A stretch of DNA of 64,000 nt from NCBI RefSeq assembly GCF_004010195.1, contig NC_057740.1:21534167-21598166 (forward strand), read 5' to 3'. A program made the translations under genes and the position numbers. The notes beneath the pieces were generated by a model. It was not told where the DNA came from. It worked only from the letters and a program-made list of their open reading frames with translations, and did not search any database. This document shows, in pieces, positions 25,742 through 40,982 of this stretch (the stretch's first letter is position 1; each line of letters opens with the position of its first letter). The stretch is from Chiloscyllium plagiosum (taxonomy: Eukaryota).

Positions 25742-28159
25742 TTTCTTCAGCTGCTTGAAAATGAATACAATTGACTGCAATACTCTGAGTTAATGGCAGC
25801 TGGAGGATCAAAGTACTGAGTTACGTAGGCAATACCTCAGTTAGTCATATGCCATTACACTAATAGATTTCATGAATGTTTACAACTACTCAGTTATTTG
25901 GAAAGATATTGACTCCTGAAAAATGCTTGAAATTTTAATGGTAGAGACTGAAACTTTATGTTTAGGATATGAAGGTATAAAGTGAGATCAATATCATTGT
26001 ATAATGCGCTAAGGATTTGTCAGATCACCTTGAGATGCATTTTACATTTACCTTGGTCCTGCATCATCTTTCTGCAGAGAGGCATGTGTGCACTGGCCTG
26101 TCTTCACATTGAAACTGGTAAGCCAGTCTCTTCAGGCAGGCTTGGTTTTGCTTTCATATAGAGCCCCATTAGAAGCAAACATAGAATGAACTCACCAGGA
26201 TTATAAAAAATTGCTTTGTGGAGACACCTCCACAATTACTCTGAGGACTCATGTTCAGATTTATTTTAGGTGGCTCGTGTGAAACACCCACATAAAAACC
26301 CTAGACCATTAACTCCAGATTCTTTATTGAATTCAAATTCCAGCATCTGCCATGACAGGGTTAGAACCTGGGTCCACAGAACATGAACTGAGTTTCAAGG
26401 TTAATAGTCTAGTGATAATGCCACCACACCACTGCCTCCCCTTCTATTGACTCCTTAAATTCATTAGTATGTACCACTTGTCAGCTTAAGAGTAACTATT
26501 GCCTTTGATGTACCATATCATAACGTTGGAAGTTCATACATATGAGTCAACTACAAGTATCATATATTATGGTTTTTGAGTGGGAATCTTCCTTTCCCAG
26601 CATAAATGATCATGCAAAAGTAAATAGCCATTAATAAAGCATTTTGCAAGGTAATACTATTGAATCCTGATGAATGAACAGTGAAAACAATGTACTTGAA
26701 TTTAAATGTACATGATGAGAGATGTTTATTTCTTTGAAGTTTGAACTACTAATAATCATATTATGAAGTAACATTCTGAGGTTTTGATAGTCTTTTTGCA
26801 GTAGAAAGTCAATTCTGATTTGCAAACTTGACTCAGGTAGTTATAATATTATCATTAGTAATAATAAAATAATCATTTTATTTCATTGCATAATCAATAT
26901 AAATAACCATCAAATGAATAACCTATGTTTTTTTTTATTGGGAATAGATTCAGAATTTCAATTGTATCTTGTACCTCTGGTTCTAATATTAATGGTTTGG
27001 AATTGTTAATATATTGAGAGATGCATTGATGGTTACATCCAACCTTTGCTGAGCAAGGATTTACTTGCTTTGAAAGTGCAGGAGAGGAGAAAGATTTTTC
27101 TTTATTATTATGTGGAAATATGTGGTTAACTTGTCAAACTGGAATTAAATTCTTCTGTTATCTCAATTGAATTTGACATGTTCCAAAACCTCAGGAGTGT
27201 TTTTGTCACGATTTCTTTGACCATACTGGCAGAGTACCATCACAATAGATCTGCAACTCTGAAGATGCATGATCCCACAAGTGACCTATGATCACAGTAA
27301 TTTTACATTGAAAAGAGTCCAGATAAGATATGACTTCATTACAGGAATGCAGTCACTTAAGACTCAATTTTAACCAAGTGGGGCTATGGCAGAACGATGC
27401 TTAATGTAAACAAACCAATTTGTAGGAACACAGAAATATAAGTCTATAGTTTTGTCTTCAGGCTAGGAGAGCCTACTTATTATCATAAAATTGTAGGGAA
27501 ATTTGTATTTCCACTCCTTTACACCCACTCCCTCAAACACGCACACGCGCATACTTCCTGTCATGATGGGTAGTGGAATATCAGCTGCAGGGGGAAGATT
27601 GGTGCTAAAGTAACAAACTCTCAAACAGTAAAGCAGTTACCTCCTTTTTGACCATCGGTTTGGAGGCTTGTTAGTAACAACCTCTCAAAAGGAAAAGAGT
27701 GCTTTTGATGTTTAAATTATCTAAATTAGGCAAAATTCATTAGTTTCCATCATGATTCGAACCTAATGTTGTCTATTTGAATTTTCCAAGGTTTGGAAAA
27801 CCTAACATTCAAACAGAGATGAGATTGAATGATAGTTCATGCGAATTCTTTGAAGCAGCCAGTTACATAAAATGTAGTGTAGCTGTCTGCTTGATGATGA
27901 TGGGGAATGGAAACCACCTACACCTTCAGGTTCCACTCCAGCAGTTGGCATAGTTCTGTGATCATGTCCCGAGACATCTTTAGTCTGTTGTGCTGTGCAT
28001 TCAAAAGTGCATTACCATAATGAATTGGAGATGTTGTGCTGAGGCAAATATGTGACAGATGCCAACCTCAAGGGATGGGGATATACAGATGGTCCCTGCC
28101 CATGGGGTATATCTTCAGATGTTGGAGACTTCTGATTAATATGGAAATTGGGAAATTGG

Positions 28160-30430
28160 TGTCTGGGAAATAAGTGTAAGTAGGGGAACACTTTGGGACT
28201 AGTGATCATAATATTATTAGATTTTAAAAGTTATGGAAAAGGAAAAGTCTTCCATAAAACTTAAAGTTCTTAATTGGAGTGAGGCAACTTTTAAGAGTAT
28301 GAAACAAGAACTTTTAAAAGTTGATTGGAATAAACTATTTGCAAGTAAAGTGGCGACTGACAAGTGGAAGACCTTGAAAAGTGTGATAACAAAAGTTCAG
28401 AGGCCTTATGTTCCTGTTGGAGTGAAAGGCAAGGCTGGTAAGATTAGGGAACAATGGATGAATAAAGATATTGAGGCTCTAGTCAAAAAGAAAAAAAGAA
28501 TCATATATTAGCTATAGACTACTGAGATCAACTGAATCTCCTGAAGAGTATAAAGAGTGAATCTCCTGAAGAGTATAAAGAGTTTAGGGGCATTCTTAAG
28601 AAGGAAATCAGGAAGGCAAAGTGGAGAATATGAGATAGCCTTGGCAGGTAAGGTTAAAGATAATCCAAAAAGATTCTACAAATACATTAAGAGCAAGAGA
28701 ACAACCAGAGAGAGAATAGGACCCCGTAAAAATCAATGAAGTCATCTTTGTGTTGAACCTCAGGAGATGTGAGAGATATTAAATAAATATTTTGCATCAG
28801 ATTTTACTGCTGAGAAAGAAATGGAGGCAAGAGAATACAGGGAAATAAATATTGATATTTTGAGAACTGTTCACATTATAGAAAAGAAAGTGCTGGATGT
28901 CTTAGAAAACGTAAGTGTAGATAAATCTCCAGGACCTGATCAAGAGTATCGCAGGATTTTGTGGGAAGTTATGGAGGAAATTGCGGGGCCCCTAGCAGAA
29001 ATATTTGTATCACCTATAAATATGGATGCAGTACTGGAGGACTGGAGGGTAGCTAATGTTGTGCCATTGTTTAAGAAAGGCTGTAAGGAGAAGTCTGGAA
29101 ACTGTAGATTTGAGAATCTGACATCAGTGGTAGGTAAGTTATTGGAGGTAATTCTGAAAGATGCACTTGGAGAGGCAAAAACTGATTAAGGATAGTCAGC
29201 ATGGTTTTGTGTGAGGAAAATCATGGTTCACAAATTTGATTGGGTTTTTTAGTGAAGTAACTAAAAAGATTGATGCAGGCAAAGCAGAGGAAACTGTTGT
29301 TTGGACTTCAGTAAAGCCTTTAACAAGGTCCCACATGTTAGATCACCTGGTATTCAGGGTGAGCTTGCCAGTTGGATAGAAGATTGGCTTGACAGTAGGC
29401 AACAAAGGGTAGTAGTGAAGGTTCATTTTTCAGATTGAAGGCCTGTGACCAGTAGTGTTCCACAACTATCAGTACTGAATCCACTTTTGTTTGTCATTTG
29501 TAGAAATGATTTGGATGAGAATATAGGGGCATGGTTCATAAGTTTGAAGATGACAACAAAACTGGTGGTATAGTGGACAGTGAAGAAGGTTATGTAAGAT
29601 CACAAAGAGATCTTGATCAATTGGATCAATGGGCCGAGGAGTGGCAGATGGAGTTTAATTTGGATAAATGTGAGGTATTGCATTTTGGTATTACAAACAA
29701 GGACAGGACTTATCAATGGTATGGTCCTAGGTAGTATTTTAGAACAGAGAGACCTAGGGAGTCAGGTAAGAGATTCTTTGAAATTCATGTCACAGGTAGA
29801 TAGGGTGGTTAAGAAGGCGTTTGGCATGCTTGCTCAGACCTTTGAGTAGAGGCGTTGGGATGTCATGTTGAGGTTGTACACGACATTGGTAAGGCCTCTT
29901 CCAGAGTATTGTGTGTAGCTCTGTTTGCCCTGTTTTAGGAACGATATTATTGAACTGGAGAGGGTTCAGAAAAAAATTGCCACACTGTTGCTGGAGGGTT
30001 TGAGATATAAAAATAGACTGGAAAGGCTATTTTTCACTGTAGCATAGGAGATTGAGGGGTGACCTTATTGAGGTTTATGAAATCAGGAGGGGCATAAATA
30101 AGGTGAATGACAAGGATCTTTTCCTAGGGTGGGGAAGTTGAAAACTAGGGGCATATTTTTAAGGTGAGAGGAGAAAAATATAAAAAGGACATGGGGAGCA
30201 ATTTTTTTACACAGAGTGGTTTGTGTGTAGAATGAATTGCAAGAGGATGCGGTGGTTGCATGTACAGTTACAACGTTTGAAAGACATGAATAGAAAAGAT
30301 TTGGAGGGATATAGGCCAAGCACAGTCAGGTGGGACTAGTTTAGTTTGGGGACATGGTTGGCGTGGACTGGTTGGACCAAAGGATCTGTTTCCATTCAGT
30401 ATGTCTCTACGACTCTATGACTCTAAGAGT
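28160..30430 (+). mobile_element. CR1 LINE, 5'-truncated, decayed
   Basis: DNPKRFYKYIKSKR, DKSPGPD, EDWRVANVVPLFKKG, KFEDDNK and WQMEFNLDKCEVLHFG; gactctat tail. Confidence 0.92.
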
Positions 30431-31282
30431 CATATTAGACCAGAAACTTTAACTCTGATTCTTACTCCACTGACGCTGCTAGACCTCCTGAGCTTCTGCA
30501 GCATTTTCTGTTTTTGTTTCAGTTTTCCAGCATCTGCAGTTCTTAGTTTTAATTGGATGGCATGTTCTAAAAGATAGCATAGACACAACAGATTAAAAAA
30601 CCTCCATCTATGTCTCAGAGTTTTGTGAATGCACCTAAATTGGCAATTCTGATGGTACAAGTACTGACTGCACTGCATCTAAACATGTAAGAGCTGCACG
30701 CACATATACATGTATGTGTAATTATTTGTATAAAAATGCAGAGGAAACTGGTTTAAAGGTCATTGATCTGCACGATAGCAGAATTAATTTCTCCAGAATG
30801 ATTTTATAGCCATTTGCAGTATTTCACACAGTCCAATCTTATCATACTGAAAAATCAGAAAAGAGGATTTGTTCGATATTGAAGCTCAAGGCTTCTGCCA
30901 GTGGGTGTTCTGGTACTGATGTCCTCATGTTCTGAAGCATCCTTAGAGTCGCCATTGAAAAAAAGCACTGAATTATTAATTGGATGGCAAAAATGACAGT
31001 CACTGGCTCCTGCAAAGTGATTGGATAGGCTTTACACCTGAGAAAAGTAACAATCATTGCTGATGGAGTAAATCACAAAACTTTGAACAAGCCTCCAACT
31101 AGATCAAGCCCTTTGTATAAACCTCTGTTTGCATCTGAACCTGATGTTTTACCATCTTGAGCTGGAATCATTGTTAGACAGGAGATTTGAAACTCGATTA
31201 TTAATGGGAATCAACAAGTTAGTACTTTGAAGGCACAAAAAGACATCTATTGGAAAAGGTAGCATCTGTTTCTCCCTGGGTT

Positions 31283-31720
31283 TCATAGAATCATTACAAT
31301 GTGGAAGAGGGCCAATCGGCCCACTGAGTTCCATACCAACCCTCTGAAGAGCATTCCACCCAGGCCTACTCTATCCCTGTAATGCTGCATTTCATAGAAT
31401 CCCTACAGGAATTACAATGTGGAAACAGGCCATTTGGCCCAATAAGTCCACACTGACCCTCCAAAGAGTAACATAGCCAGACCCATTCCCCTACCTTATT
31501 ACTCTACATTTACGCCTGACTAATCCACCCAGCCTGCACATTGCTGGACACTGTGGGCAATTTAGCATGGCCAACACACCTAACCTACTCTTATTTGGAC
31601 GGTGGGAGGAAACCCATGCAAAGGGAGAATATTCAAACTCCACACAAACAGTCACCCGAGGCTGGAATCAAACCTGGATCCCTGGCACTGAGGCAGCTGG
31701 GCTAACCACCGTGCCACCTG
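31283..31720 (-). mobile_element. HE1/V-SINE-type SINE plus extra tail fragment
   Basis: catagaatc tails, gggcaatttagcatggcc core, aaccaccgtgccacc head. Confidence 0.8.
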
Positions 31721-32085
31721 GGTTTGTTGAAAATCTTCAACAGGAGGGAGAGAAAAAACTTGCCATTTTGTCAAGTCATAATCATTGGCCACATTCTAAA
31801 TCATTCCATTTCAAATACAGCAGGTCATCAGAAAAAGAAGAACTTTAAGAAAAGGTCATTTATTTTATAAGCCAACACAAAAGCATTTGATTTAATAATT
31901 GTCCAAAATGGCACACTGGCTACAAATGCTACTTAACCACAGCAACATTGAATGAATAATGGAGTAATCCTTTCACAGATTTTTGTCATTCTTAGCCATG
32001 GTTTCCATTTTTTTCTTAAAGTTGCAATTCACACATCTTTCTGCTTATCTGCATATCCTGCCAAGTATTCAGATACGTTGTTTGA

Positions 32086-32276
32086 TTATGTGATGGCAAA
32101 GGAATTTCTTTGGCTTGATATCACACAAATTTTAGGCACATCAACTATCACATTGATATCATCCATCTTGTTTTCCTTTATAGCCAGTTCTGTTTCTTCA
32201 ACCCGGTCAACTATTTCTTCATCTGTAATTTCATAATGCCAGTCATCTTGATCAGGATTTGGTCCAAGGATCCAAT
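32086..32276 (-). CDS. SMIM44: SMIM44-like exon 2 (D)WILGPNPDQDDWHYE...RNSFAIT*
   Basis: gtcaacag acceptor, phase 1; DWILGPNPDQ resembles SMIM44 DWAFGPKPDQ. Confidence 0.8.
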
Positions 32277-32408
32277 CTGTTGACACAAAGGTAGATTTAA
32301 AATTTACCAGATACTTTGGTGTTACTTATTTTTATGGCAGAAGATGAACAGTTGTTGTTACATGGATTCAAGCCAGATGGTGAAATACACAATAATTTTT
32401 CTTAATAG

Positions 32409-32582
32409 GTTTATTTACAGGATGCAGCCTGACTATTACCTCCTAAGTATTACCCCAGCCTGAGGCAGGAATTGAACCCGGGTCTCAGGCGCTGTGAGGC
32501 AGCAGTGCTAACCACTGTGCCACCGTGCCGCCCATGTTTATTTACAGGATGCAGCCTGACTATTACCTCCTAAGTATTACCC
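32409..32582 (-). mobile_element. SINE 5' tRNA-like head flanked by a 47-bp direct repeat
   Basis: Identical 47-mers at 32409-32455 and 32536-32582 flank SINE head 32458-32533. Confidence 0.85.
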
Positions 32583-35320
32583 AGGCGTCCGAGATGATTC
32601 TCTTCAAATATATTTTAAATCAACCTTTTCAGATGTAATATGACATACCTCCAGGACAGATGGGAATTAAACTCACTGATTTTCTGGCCCAGAGATAGGG
32701 ACAGTGCCACTGTGATCGTTGTCCTTAATCTAACAATGCCGATCACCTGTACATCTCAATAGTATTATCAATAAACAATTGTTATGAGGATGTGCTATAT
32801 CAAATAATAATGTTCATTAACTTGATTCATTTGTTAAACTTTTATAAGTTAACATTGTGGTTTCAAACATGCCTAACAGAGCATTTTGCAACTTTCTGTA
32901 AGCCCCAAGGTGAATTAGAAATAGATATCCTGTACTTTGAAGGCTCTGTGGATTTTCACACTCATGAATATCAAGGATTAACTTCAAAAACAATGAGAAT
33001 TCTTCTCTGATGTTGACTCAATGTTTATTAGACATTGTATAAATTAAATTCTACTGACACCTATCTTGTTACAAATGTTTCAGTTCAGATGTGTGTGAAT
33101 CTAACCACTTCACAAATTACCCTGGTGCCTTATTTGGGACCAAGACTTTGCACTTTAAGTGCCAGTCACCTGCCAGCAACTACCTTTAGTGCAAGTATGT
33201 AAAAACAGGGCAAACTGCTTGTCAACCGGAATGAAACAAAAGGAATATGGAAAAGTGTCTCTTTCTATTTCTGTCCACTCCAAATCCAACAGCATGGCTT
33301 TGAGTTTGTTGAGCCTTGACCTGTGTTTCCATCTATGTAAGCAATTCTAGCCTCTGAATTTCTACAGGTAATATCTCCAGAGGAACGTCACATCAGCAAA
33401 GAACCAAAAGCCTGAACATTCATCAGTCTAGCAGAATATGAGCCATATACTGAGAACTGACTTTTTTCTACTTCATGATGTAAGGTGGCATCTAATAGAG
33501 GTCTGGGCAACATGGGCTATGGTAAGATTTGTGACAGAATTAGATGAGAATCTGGAGAGGCCAATCACAATACTGCTTGATTTGATCCTGTTGTTGTCTA
33601 AATATGACAGTGGTTTCCCCATCATTGTATTATAGTAAATTTATTGAATCAATAGATTGTCCTTGATTGGACCATTGAACATAGGGCCATTCAGCCCATC
33701 CAGTCAGTCCCACCATTCAATAAGATCATGGCTGATCTAATAACACTTTGCACCTCTTTCATGCCTTTTCCCCATTACTGATTCCATCACTGATTAAAAA
33801 TATATCTACCTTGAATACACTTAACAACCCCAAACTTGATACCCTGTACAGTAAAGAAATCCACATATTCATTATCTTCTGAGAGAAAGAAATTCCACTT
33901 CATCTCTTTCTTAAATGTGGGAGCTTTTATTCTAGGATTATACCTTGTGGCCCTTGACTCTCCCAGAACTAGATGCAGCACTGCTTTCTCTATCATTGGA
34001 TTGGAATGACCAAGAAACAGGATTTCAGGAAAATCTCTACATCTTTACCTTTTACATTGCTACTGTCTTTTAGTCATTCAGGCCAGCATTTGTTACCCAT
34101 CCTTAATTTCCCAAAAGGCAGTTAGGAGTCAAGCACGCTGTTGTGGAGCTGGAGTCACATGTCAGCCAGATTTCCTTCCCTAATGGACATTAGTGAACAA
34201 AGTGTAGGACAATTGACAATGGTTATATGGTTGTCATGAGGCTAGATTTATTCAAATTACACTGCTTTGATTGAGATTCAAACCCATGATCCCAGAACAC
34301 TAGACTGGAATTCTGGATTATTAGTCCAGTGATGTTATCACTACACTACCACATCCAAGTCTATATTAGGATCATTGATATTCCCAACAAACATTATTCT
34401 GTAGTGCTCCCATTTTCCTGTACCTTGGCTATATATTTGCACCTCTGCCTTCTTCTATGTGGTGGTGTATAGCATCCATACTAAACATAAATCTTTCAAT
34501 TGTTCCTTAATATGGACCAACTAGATGTTGTCCTCGACCCCCTCCCCTCACATCTGCACCATCTATGCATCAAAATGCCATTTTCTTTTTTCCCCTCCTT
34601 GTTTCTTTTACAAATATCTTATAACCTGTAATATTAGATTCACAATTCTTACTTCTTTGAACTTGATCTTTGCTGTTGCCACTATATTATAGCCTCACAT
34701 GGTGAGTTTTGCCTGGAACATACCAGATTTATTTATCACATTACATGCACTTATGCCAAAGTTCTCCAAACTAATCTTAGAATGCCCACATTGGCCACTT
34801 GTCTGATTCCAGGTTAGAAACAAAAAAACTGCAGATGCAGAATCCAAGGTACACAATCAGGAGGCTGGAAGAGCACAGCAAGCCAGGTAACATCAAAAGG
34901 TGGAGAAATCAACGTTTTGGGTGTAACCGTTCTGATCCCTCCTACTTCTGAACTTTTTTTTTGTGTCTATCTGTGCACCTTGCTTTCCTCCCTTATGTTT
35001 AATCCTATTGTTACACCCCTCTCAAATTAACTGAAATGTTTCGCTACTACCTTCATCAACTTTCTATGTTATTTCATTAAAGAACTCAATCAAATTTGTT
35101 AGACACAATTTATCTTTAACATATCTGTACTGTCATGTTTTCCAAATGAAAATTAATTTTGTCCCCAGTTATGATCTCTGGAAGTTATCTCACTATTGGC
35201 ACTGGGCTGACATTTACAATTCTCCAGATCTCTGCTCTTCATCTCTGCTCTACTCATGATAAATTTAAAATGACATTTTGAAAAACGTCTCATAGATTCC
35301 TGAGCTGCCTCTTCATTTCA

Positions 35321-35572
<252 letters not shown>

Positions 35573-36952
35573 CTATGTGTGAACAAATGTTCATGTATTT
35601 TCTATCACTTCACCTTCCAGCTGTCTTGTGAATTACAAAAGAGGTAGCATTGTTAAATTCATATTCTGCAGATTAAACCTTGTGCTGCAGCCAATTCTTC
35701 TCTCAGGCTTTAATAAATCATGTGCTTTATCCCCTGCTGTTCTTAATCCTTCACAGTTTCCATTCCCACAATGGTATTAAATAGATTCATAGGTGAAAGC
35801 TCTTAAAGAAACTAATGAGACACTTCTACTCATTTGCGAGTCATCTCTAATTAGTTTGCATAATTTACCCATAGTGTGAAATCACAGAAATGAAGTCGAT
35901 CTGCATTTTAACTATAATATTTTAGTCAAAGGTCAGCAAATATAATTTTGATACATTGAACAGAAGGATATGAAATCCCAGAAACTCAAAATCTATAGCA
36001 GTAGCAAACACTAAAGACAAATTCTGGAAGGATCTGTAAGAGAAATACTTCACAGAAATTCTGCACATAGTGTATGCCATTCTGTTAAGTATTCATCTTT
36101 GTAAGTAGGCTATGAACTATCAATGGATACAAAAGTTAAAATTGTTGGTTTCGAGTTTAAGGCGCATCTAATAATTGAACCGATAATGTGCAAACTTTAA
36201 AACTCTAAGGGATTCTTGTGCTAATAAATGCCAAAGTCCGAACTCCATCTAAAATCTAATTGAATATTCCCTAACAGTTTAAGACGTTAAAAAGGTATCA
36301 CAAAGGAATCAAGGTACAATCTGTTGCAATCCCTCGTTACAAGAAAATCACATAAGAGCAGCACCATTTAAACAAATGGGGCCGGAATCAGATTACAGCC
36401 ATTACAGGTAAACAAACGTTCGCGTTCTACAAATAATGGTGTAAATTTTTCAATCACATTATAGCCATTTCATGTTGAAAAATGCCCAAATAGCAGAACA
36501 GTACACTTTTTTTGGTCTGGAAGTGATATAGTCTGATGGCAGTCACATGACAAGCAGATAGAACAGTGACACTGTGTACCGAGAATTGGGGGGCAAAATC
36601 ATGTATTTTCCATGTACCTAGGTATATATTTATTTTGCAGCTTTCCTTATTTAATTAAGTCCTTCATTATCCAAATACAAGTCCATTCATTTTTCCCCAT
36701 TTACTGTATATTTGATTACATTTACAGAAGTATGGTCAGACAAAATTTTACAATGTTAATTGCATTATGTTATCTCATGCCATAACCATGTACAACTGCT
36801 TAAATTCTCAAATGATGAACAACTAGTGATAAAAGTTTTGGTTTTCAATTTTAATCTTCTTCTGACCTGAAAGGTGGTCAGTTGTAGTTAAGAATTACAT
36901 AGACGCTCATCTATGTGGCTCAGTAAAACACTATTTACTCATTGTTGCTGTT

Positions 36953-37285
36953 GGTGACATAGTAGCTCAGTGGTTAGCACTGCTGCCTCACAGCACCAAG
37001 GACCTAGGCATAATTCCAGCCTTGGGTGACTGTGTATGGACACATTCTGTGTAGGTTTCCATTGGGTGCTCCAGTTTCCTCCCACAGTCCGAAGATACAC
37101 AAGTTAGGTGAATTGGCTGTGCTAAATTGCCCTGTAGTGTCCAGGTTTGTGCATGTTACGTGTATTAGCCATGGTAAATACAGAGTTACAGGGCTAGTGT
37201 GGGGGACTGGATGGAATGCGCAGAGGGTCGGTGCAGACTCGATGGGTCAAATGGCTTCTTTCTGCACTGTAGAGATTCCATGATT
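36953..37285 (+). mobile_element. HE1/V-SINE-type SINE
   Basis: gctcagtggttagcactgctgcctcacagc head, tttcctcccacagtcc core, gattccatgatt tail. Confidence 0.85.
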
Positions 37286-37454
37286 CGAGGAGTTCAAAGC
37301 TGCGAAATGCAGGTGCTGCAGTGGACTTTGTGGTAGCATGAGCTTGCCATGTCCAATATAACTCATTTGGGTACAATAAATTAACCAAAGAGGAATGCAG
37401 AAAAATATACTCTTTACTGACTGAGCTGAGCAGCTGCAAAGAGTTTCTTTAAAG

Positions 37455-37747
37455 AGGCCGGTATATTGGGTCCAGATTGATGTGTTTATTGATTGAATCT
37501 GTGGATGAGTGCCATGCCTCTAGGAATTCCACTGCAGCGGACAGCTGGAGCTGACAACCGGAAGCAGCAGATTCAAACCACTACAAATGCCGGAGGAAAG
37601 ATCACAGAAGCGCTTCACAGGAGGCTCCCAAGCACTGAGGATGTCACCTAGACAGGGGACGAAACGTCTGCAACACAAATTCCCAGCTCAGCGAACAGAA
37701 CCACAACAATGAGCACCCGAGTTACAAATCTTCTCACAAACTTTGAA
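37455..37747. mobile_element. Penelope-like element fragment with inverted piece
   Basis: Same sequence family as 40947-41417; both orientations present. Confidence 0.8.
37632..37671 (+). ncRNA. Minimal hammerhead ribozyme motif (Penelope-type)
   Basis: gca-CTGAGGA-tGTCaCCtagacagGGGAC-GAAAC-GTC-tgc: catalytic core, stem II, palindromic ACGT stem III, 3-bp stem I. Confidence 0.7.
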
Positions 37748-40464
37748 AATAATTGAGACTTTGAATACTGCATCAAGTGAATTGTGGTCAAAAGCAGTTG
37801 ATCCAGAGATCAGAAGTGACTATCAAAGCCAAAATTACATCCAATATTGTTCAATGTATACATTAGCAAACTTAATCAAAATTGAGATGCATATGTATGA
37901 TTGAAATCTTAATGATTTATAATAATTATAAATACACACAAGGGCAAATAATAAAAACATTGAAGTCAAAGATGTTACAGTACAGGTAGAAAAATAAGTG
38001 CATACTTTGTTATTGCTGCTTTAAATGAAGACTAGTAAATCTTCCACAATGCTGCTTTGCCATATTTTAAAACTCATATGTACTGCTTTGAAATTGAGCA
38101 GAAGCCACTGAAGGATCACAGTAGGCCTGCAAGGGAGAATGCAGGTTGTGTAGAACTGGAACACGAATGGACTTTGAAATGGAGTACAGGGAGGTGCGCT
38201 GACAAGTTTAGTGTTTTATGGAGAACACTGCATTGCTACTGTAAATATAACTGCAGTTAATCTCATTAGCTACATGTGACGATCCAAAACCAGTAAAGCA
38301 AGTTTATTTCCTCTTAGTCAAGGGTGGGTGAGGAATACAATCTTGTGTTGTCAGAAGTTTCTTTACAGCAGTATAATTTTTTTTATTTTATGGCAATATT
38401 ATTAGACAAAATGAGTGAGGTAAAATTGCTGACGGAGGTAGTTTCTGCAATAGCTTTGATGAAAAAATAAGCTTATGTCTGAAAGGAAAAAAAAGTCAGA
38501 CTGAGGAAGAAGGAAAACTGAAATGATTGCTGAAAGAAATATTTACTATTAAATTATATGATCAGGTAAGGAGGGAAATTGGTCGCTCTTTTCAACTCCT
38601 GTTTGGTTAGGTCCCACTTGGGAGTAGTGTGAGCTGATCTGTGCACCGCATCTTCAGGTAGATATACTGATCTTGGAGGAAGTACAACATAGGTTTACAA
38701 GAATGATAGATGGCCTTCAGGGGTCAAGTCATGAGGAATGGTTATACAAATAACCCTGTTTTCTCTAGAATTTAAAAAGGTTAAGGGTGATCTGGTCAGT
38801 CAAGATATTAACTGAAAAGTCAGGATAGATAAACTATTGGGTGGGTGGTGGTGGTGTGGGGAGAGGGGGGGAATTGGAATCCATTTTTTCTGGTCACTGC
38901 TCTGCTACCCCAAGCAGCTGCTTGTACAAGTCCATTTATACATCCCTGAAACTTCTCACTGTTTTCCAAGGTGGGGAAAACAAGGCTTTCATCTCCCCAA
39001 TGTGAACATGTGTGAATTAAACAGGATATAAATACCTTCTTGCTCACTTGATTGTCTGGATTCACCGTCTTTGGATGGAGTGGTACATTTAATGCAGAGA
39101 GGTGTCTCATACCTACAATTTCACAAAGGTTGCTTCAATCTGTGGTCAGCATTAATCTCTTTTTTAGTCTATGAAGGCTTCAGGTATTGAAATCAGATGA
39201 AGTTGAATATCAACAGCCCAGTTTATTATCATGACATGACTATTCAAACAATAAAACAGCTATATTTTCCTTTTCAAACTCACCCCAAAGAAACATTCGA
39301 TGCATAAAAGCTACACTAAATTCTACTTCCATCAAAGATGGGTTTAACAGATATGAATACTTTCTAAATAATCTCAAAAAAGGTATTACAGACCTCTGGA
39401 ACAGGTGTGATTGAATTCAGACCTACAAGGTAGAAATACAACCACTGCATCATAACAGCTCCTCAGTTTAGCAGATATACACGACTGAGGTTAATTAAAG
39501 ATACCCTCATCTGTGATTATTTGAATATAATGGGGCAAGCCAAAAACAACTGAAGGCACAGGAAGCTATTCTTCTGAAACCAGGGCTGCCAATAGAATAG
39601 TTCCAGCACAGAGGAAGCATTTGACGTGACCTCTATACCAACTTCCTACAACAGCAACACAGCTCTAAAATGTGAGCACTTCATTGTACCATGTGGACTG
39701 TCAGCTAGGCATACACTCAATGGTTAGTGCATGTCCAGAGCTCTAATATAAGATATAAGCAAATTCAATTTTAAATAATTATAAACAGTCAAGATAAAAC
39801 ACCATATGACAAAGTGACTGGTTTATTTTGTTAAATTTTTTTAGTGAAGACAAGTTTATATTCGACAAACCCAGCCATACAATATTTAATTGTCAAAATC
39901 ATGTAACTTATAGTAGTTCCCTAATCAACTGGATTAACTAAGTTTAAACCAAAACAAAAATACCATAAATATTTGAAATCTGAAAGAAGCAGAAATCTTA
40001 AAAATAATCAGTGAATGCCATCCCGACTTGAATATTTCCAGCACTGAAGATTTTAAATCCTTTTTAAAAAGATTTTTAAACTGATGGAGGGATCATGCTC
40101 GTACCAAGTCATGATAAATCTGGTGTTCACTTACTAATTTACACAATATTGCTGGTGTGATAAGATTTGACATCCTAAATAGCCTGAAGCTAGCAAATAA
40201 TAATACTTAAATGAAATCCAAAGTGATGTTTTAGAAGACTAAACTTGAATCGAGCATTTTGTTAAATATTAACTTGTCATATGTACAAAATAAATAAAAA
40301 AAGATGTATTTCATTACATATTCTACATTACTTGGAATTAAACAACATAGGGGAAAGTGGCATCAGAAAATGTACAACCTCAGCACAGAAGAAAATTATA
40401 ACATCTGTGATTAGTGCACTCAACATCAAGTTTTGACAATCTTTCAACAGTTCAAGAAACTCCA

Positions 40465-40802
40465 TTAAGGCAATGTCCCATTCCCAGACTTCGTTTTTTG
40501 CAATTTAATCAACGTATCTGCATACTGAAACTCTGGACTATTTTCGTATTCAAGCATGTCCAGTGCTACCTCACAACTCTCCTTCACAACACGTTCTTCA
40601 TCATGTAGATATTCTTTCAATATTTCCACACACGGTTCTTTTGCAATTGATCCTAAAGCTTCTGCGCACTCGTGACGGACCATGGGATTTTCATCCAGTT
40701 TTTTCAATGCAGTTATAAGTTGTGGAATACTGGCATCATGCTGCATTTGGCCAAAAACATAGCCAATTTCGTGACGAAACAAGGCACTTCCACACCGCAA
40801 AC
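40465..40802 (-). CDS. DOHH: Deoxyhypusine hydroxylase, last coding exon
   Basis: [22 protein letters not shown]...[15 protein letters not shown]...[16 protein letters not shown] with HE iron-binding motifs; tcag acceptor, phase 1. Confidence 0.97.
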
Positions 40803-40982
40803 CTGAGGGAAATATACATAAAATGAAATATCTTCACCCAAATGCAAATCAAAATCACAAATACTTAGAAAAGATCTGGCAAAATTAAGACTGGAAAATC
40901 TACTGATTAAGCTATAAGCCAATTTCCTGATATATAATTATTTGTTGTTGTGATTCTGTTCGCCGAGCTAGGAATTTGTATT

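Noticed and set aside
28532-28582. ~25-bp tandem duplication (tgaatctcctgaagagtataaagag)
   Set aside because: Ordinary slippage inside a dead CR1 copy.
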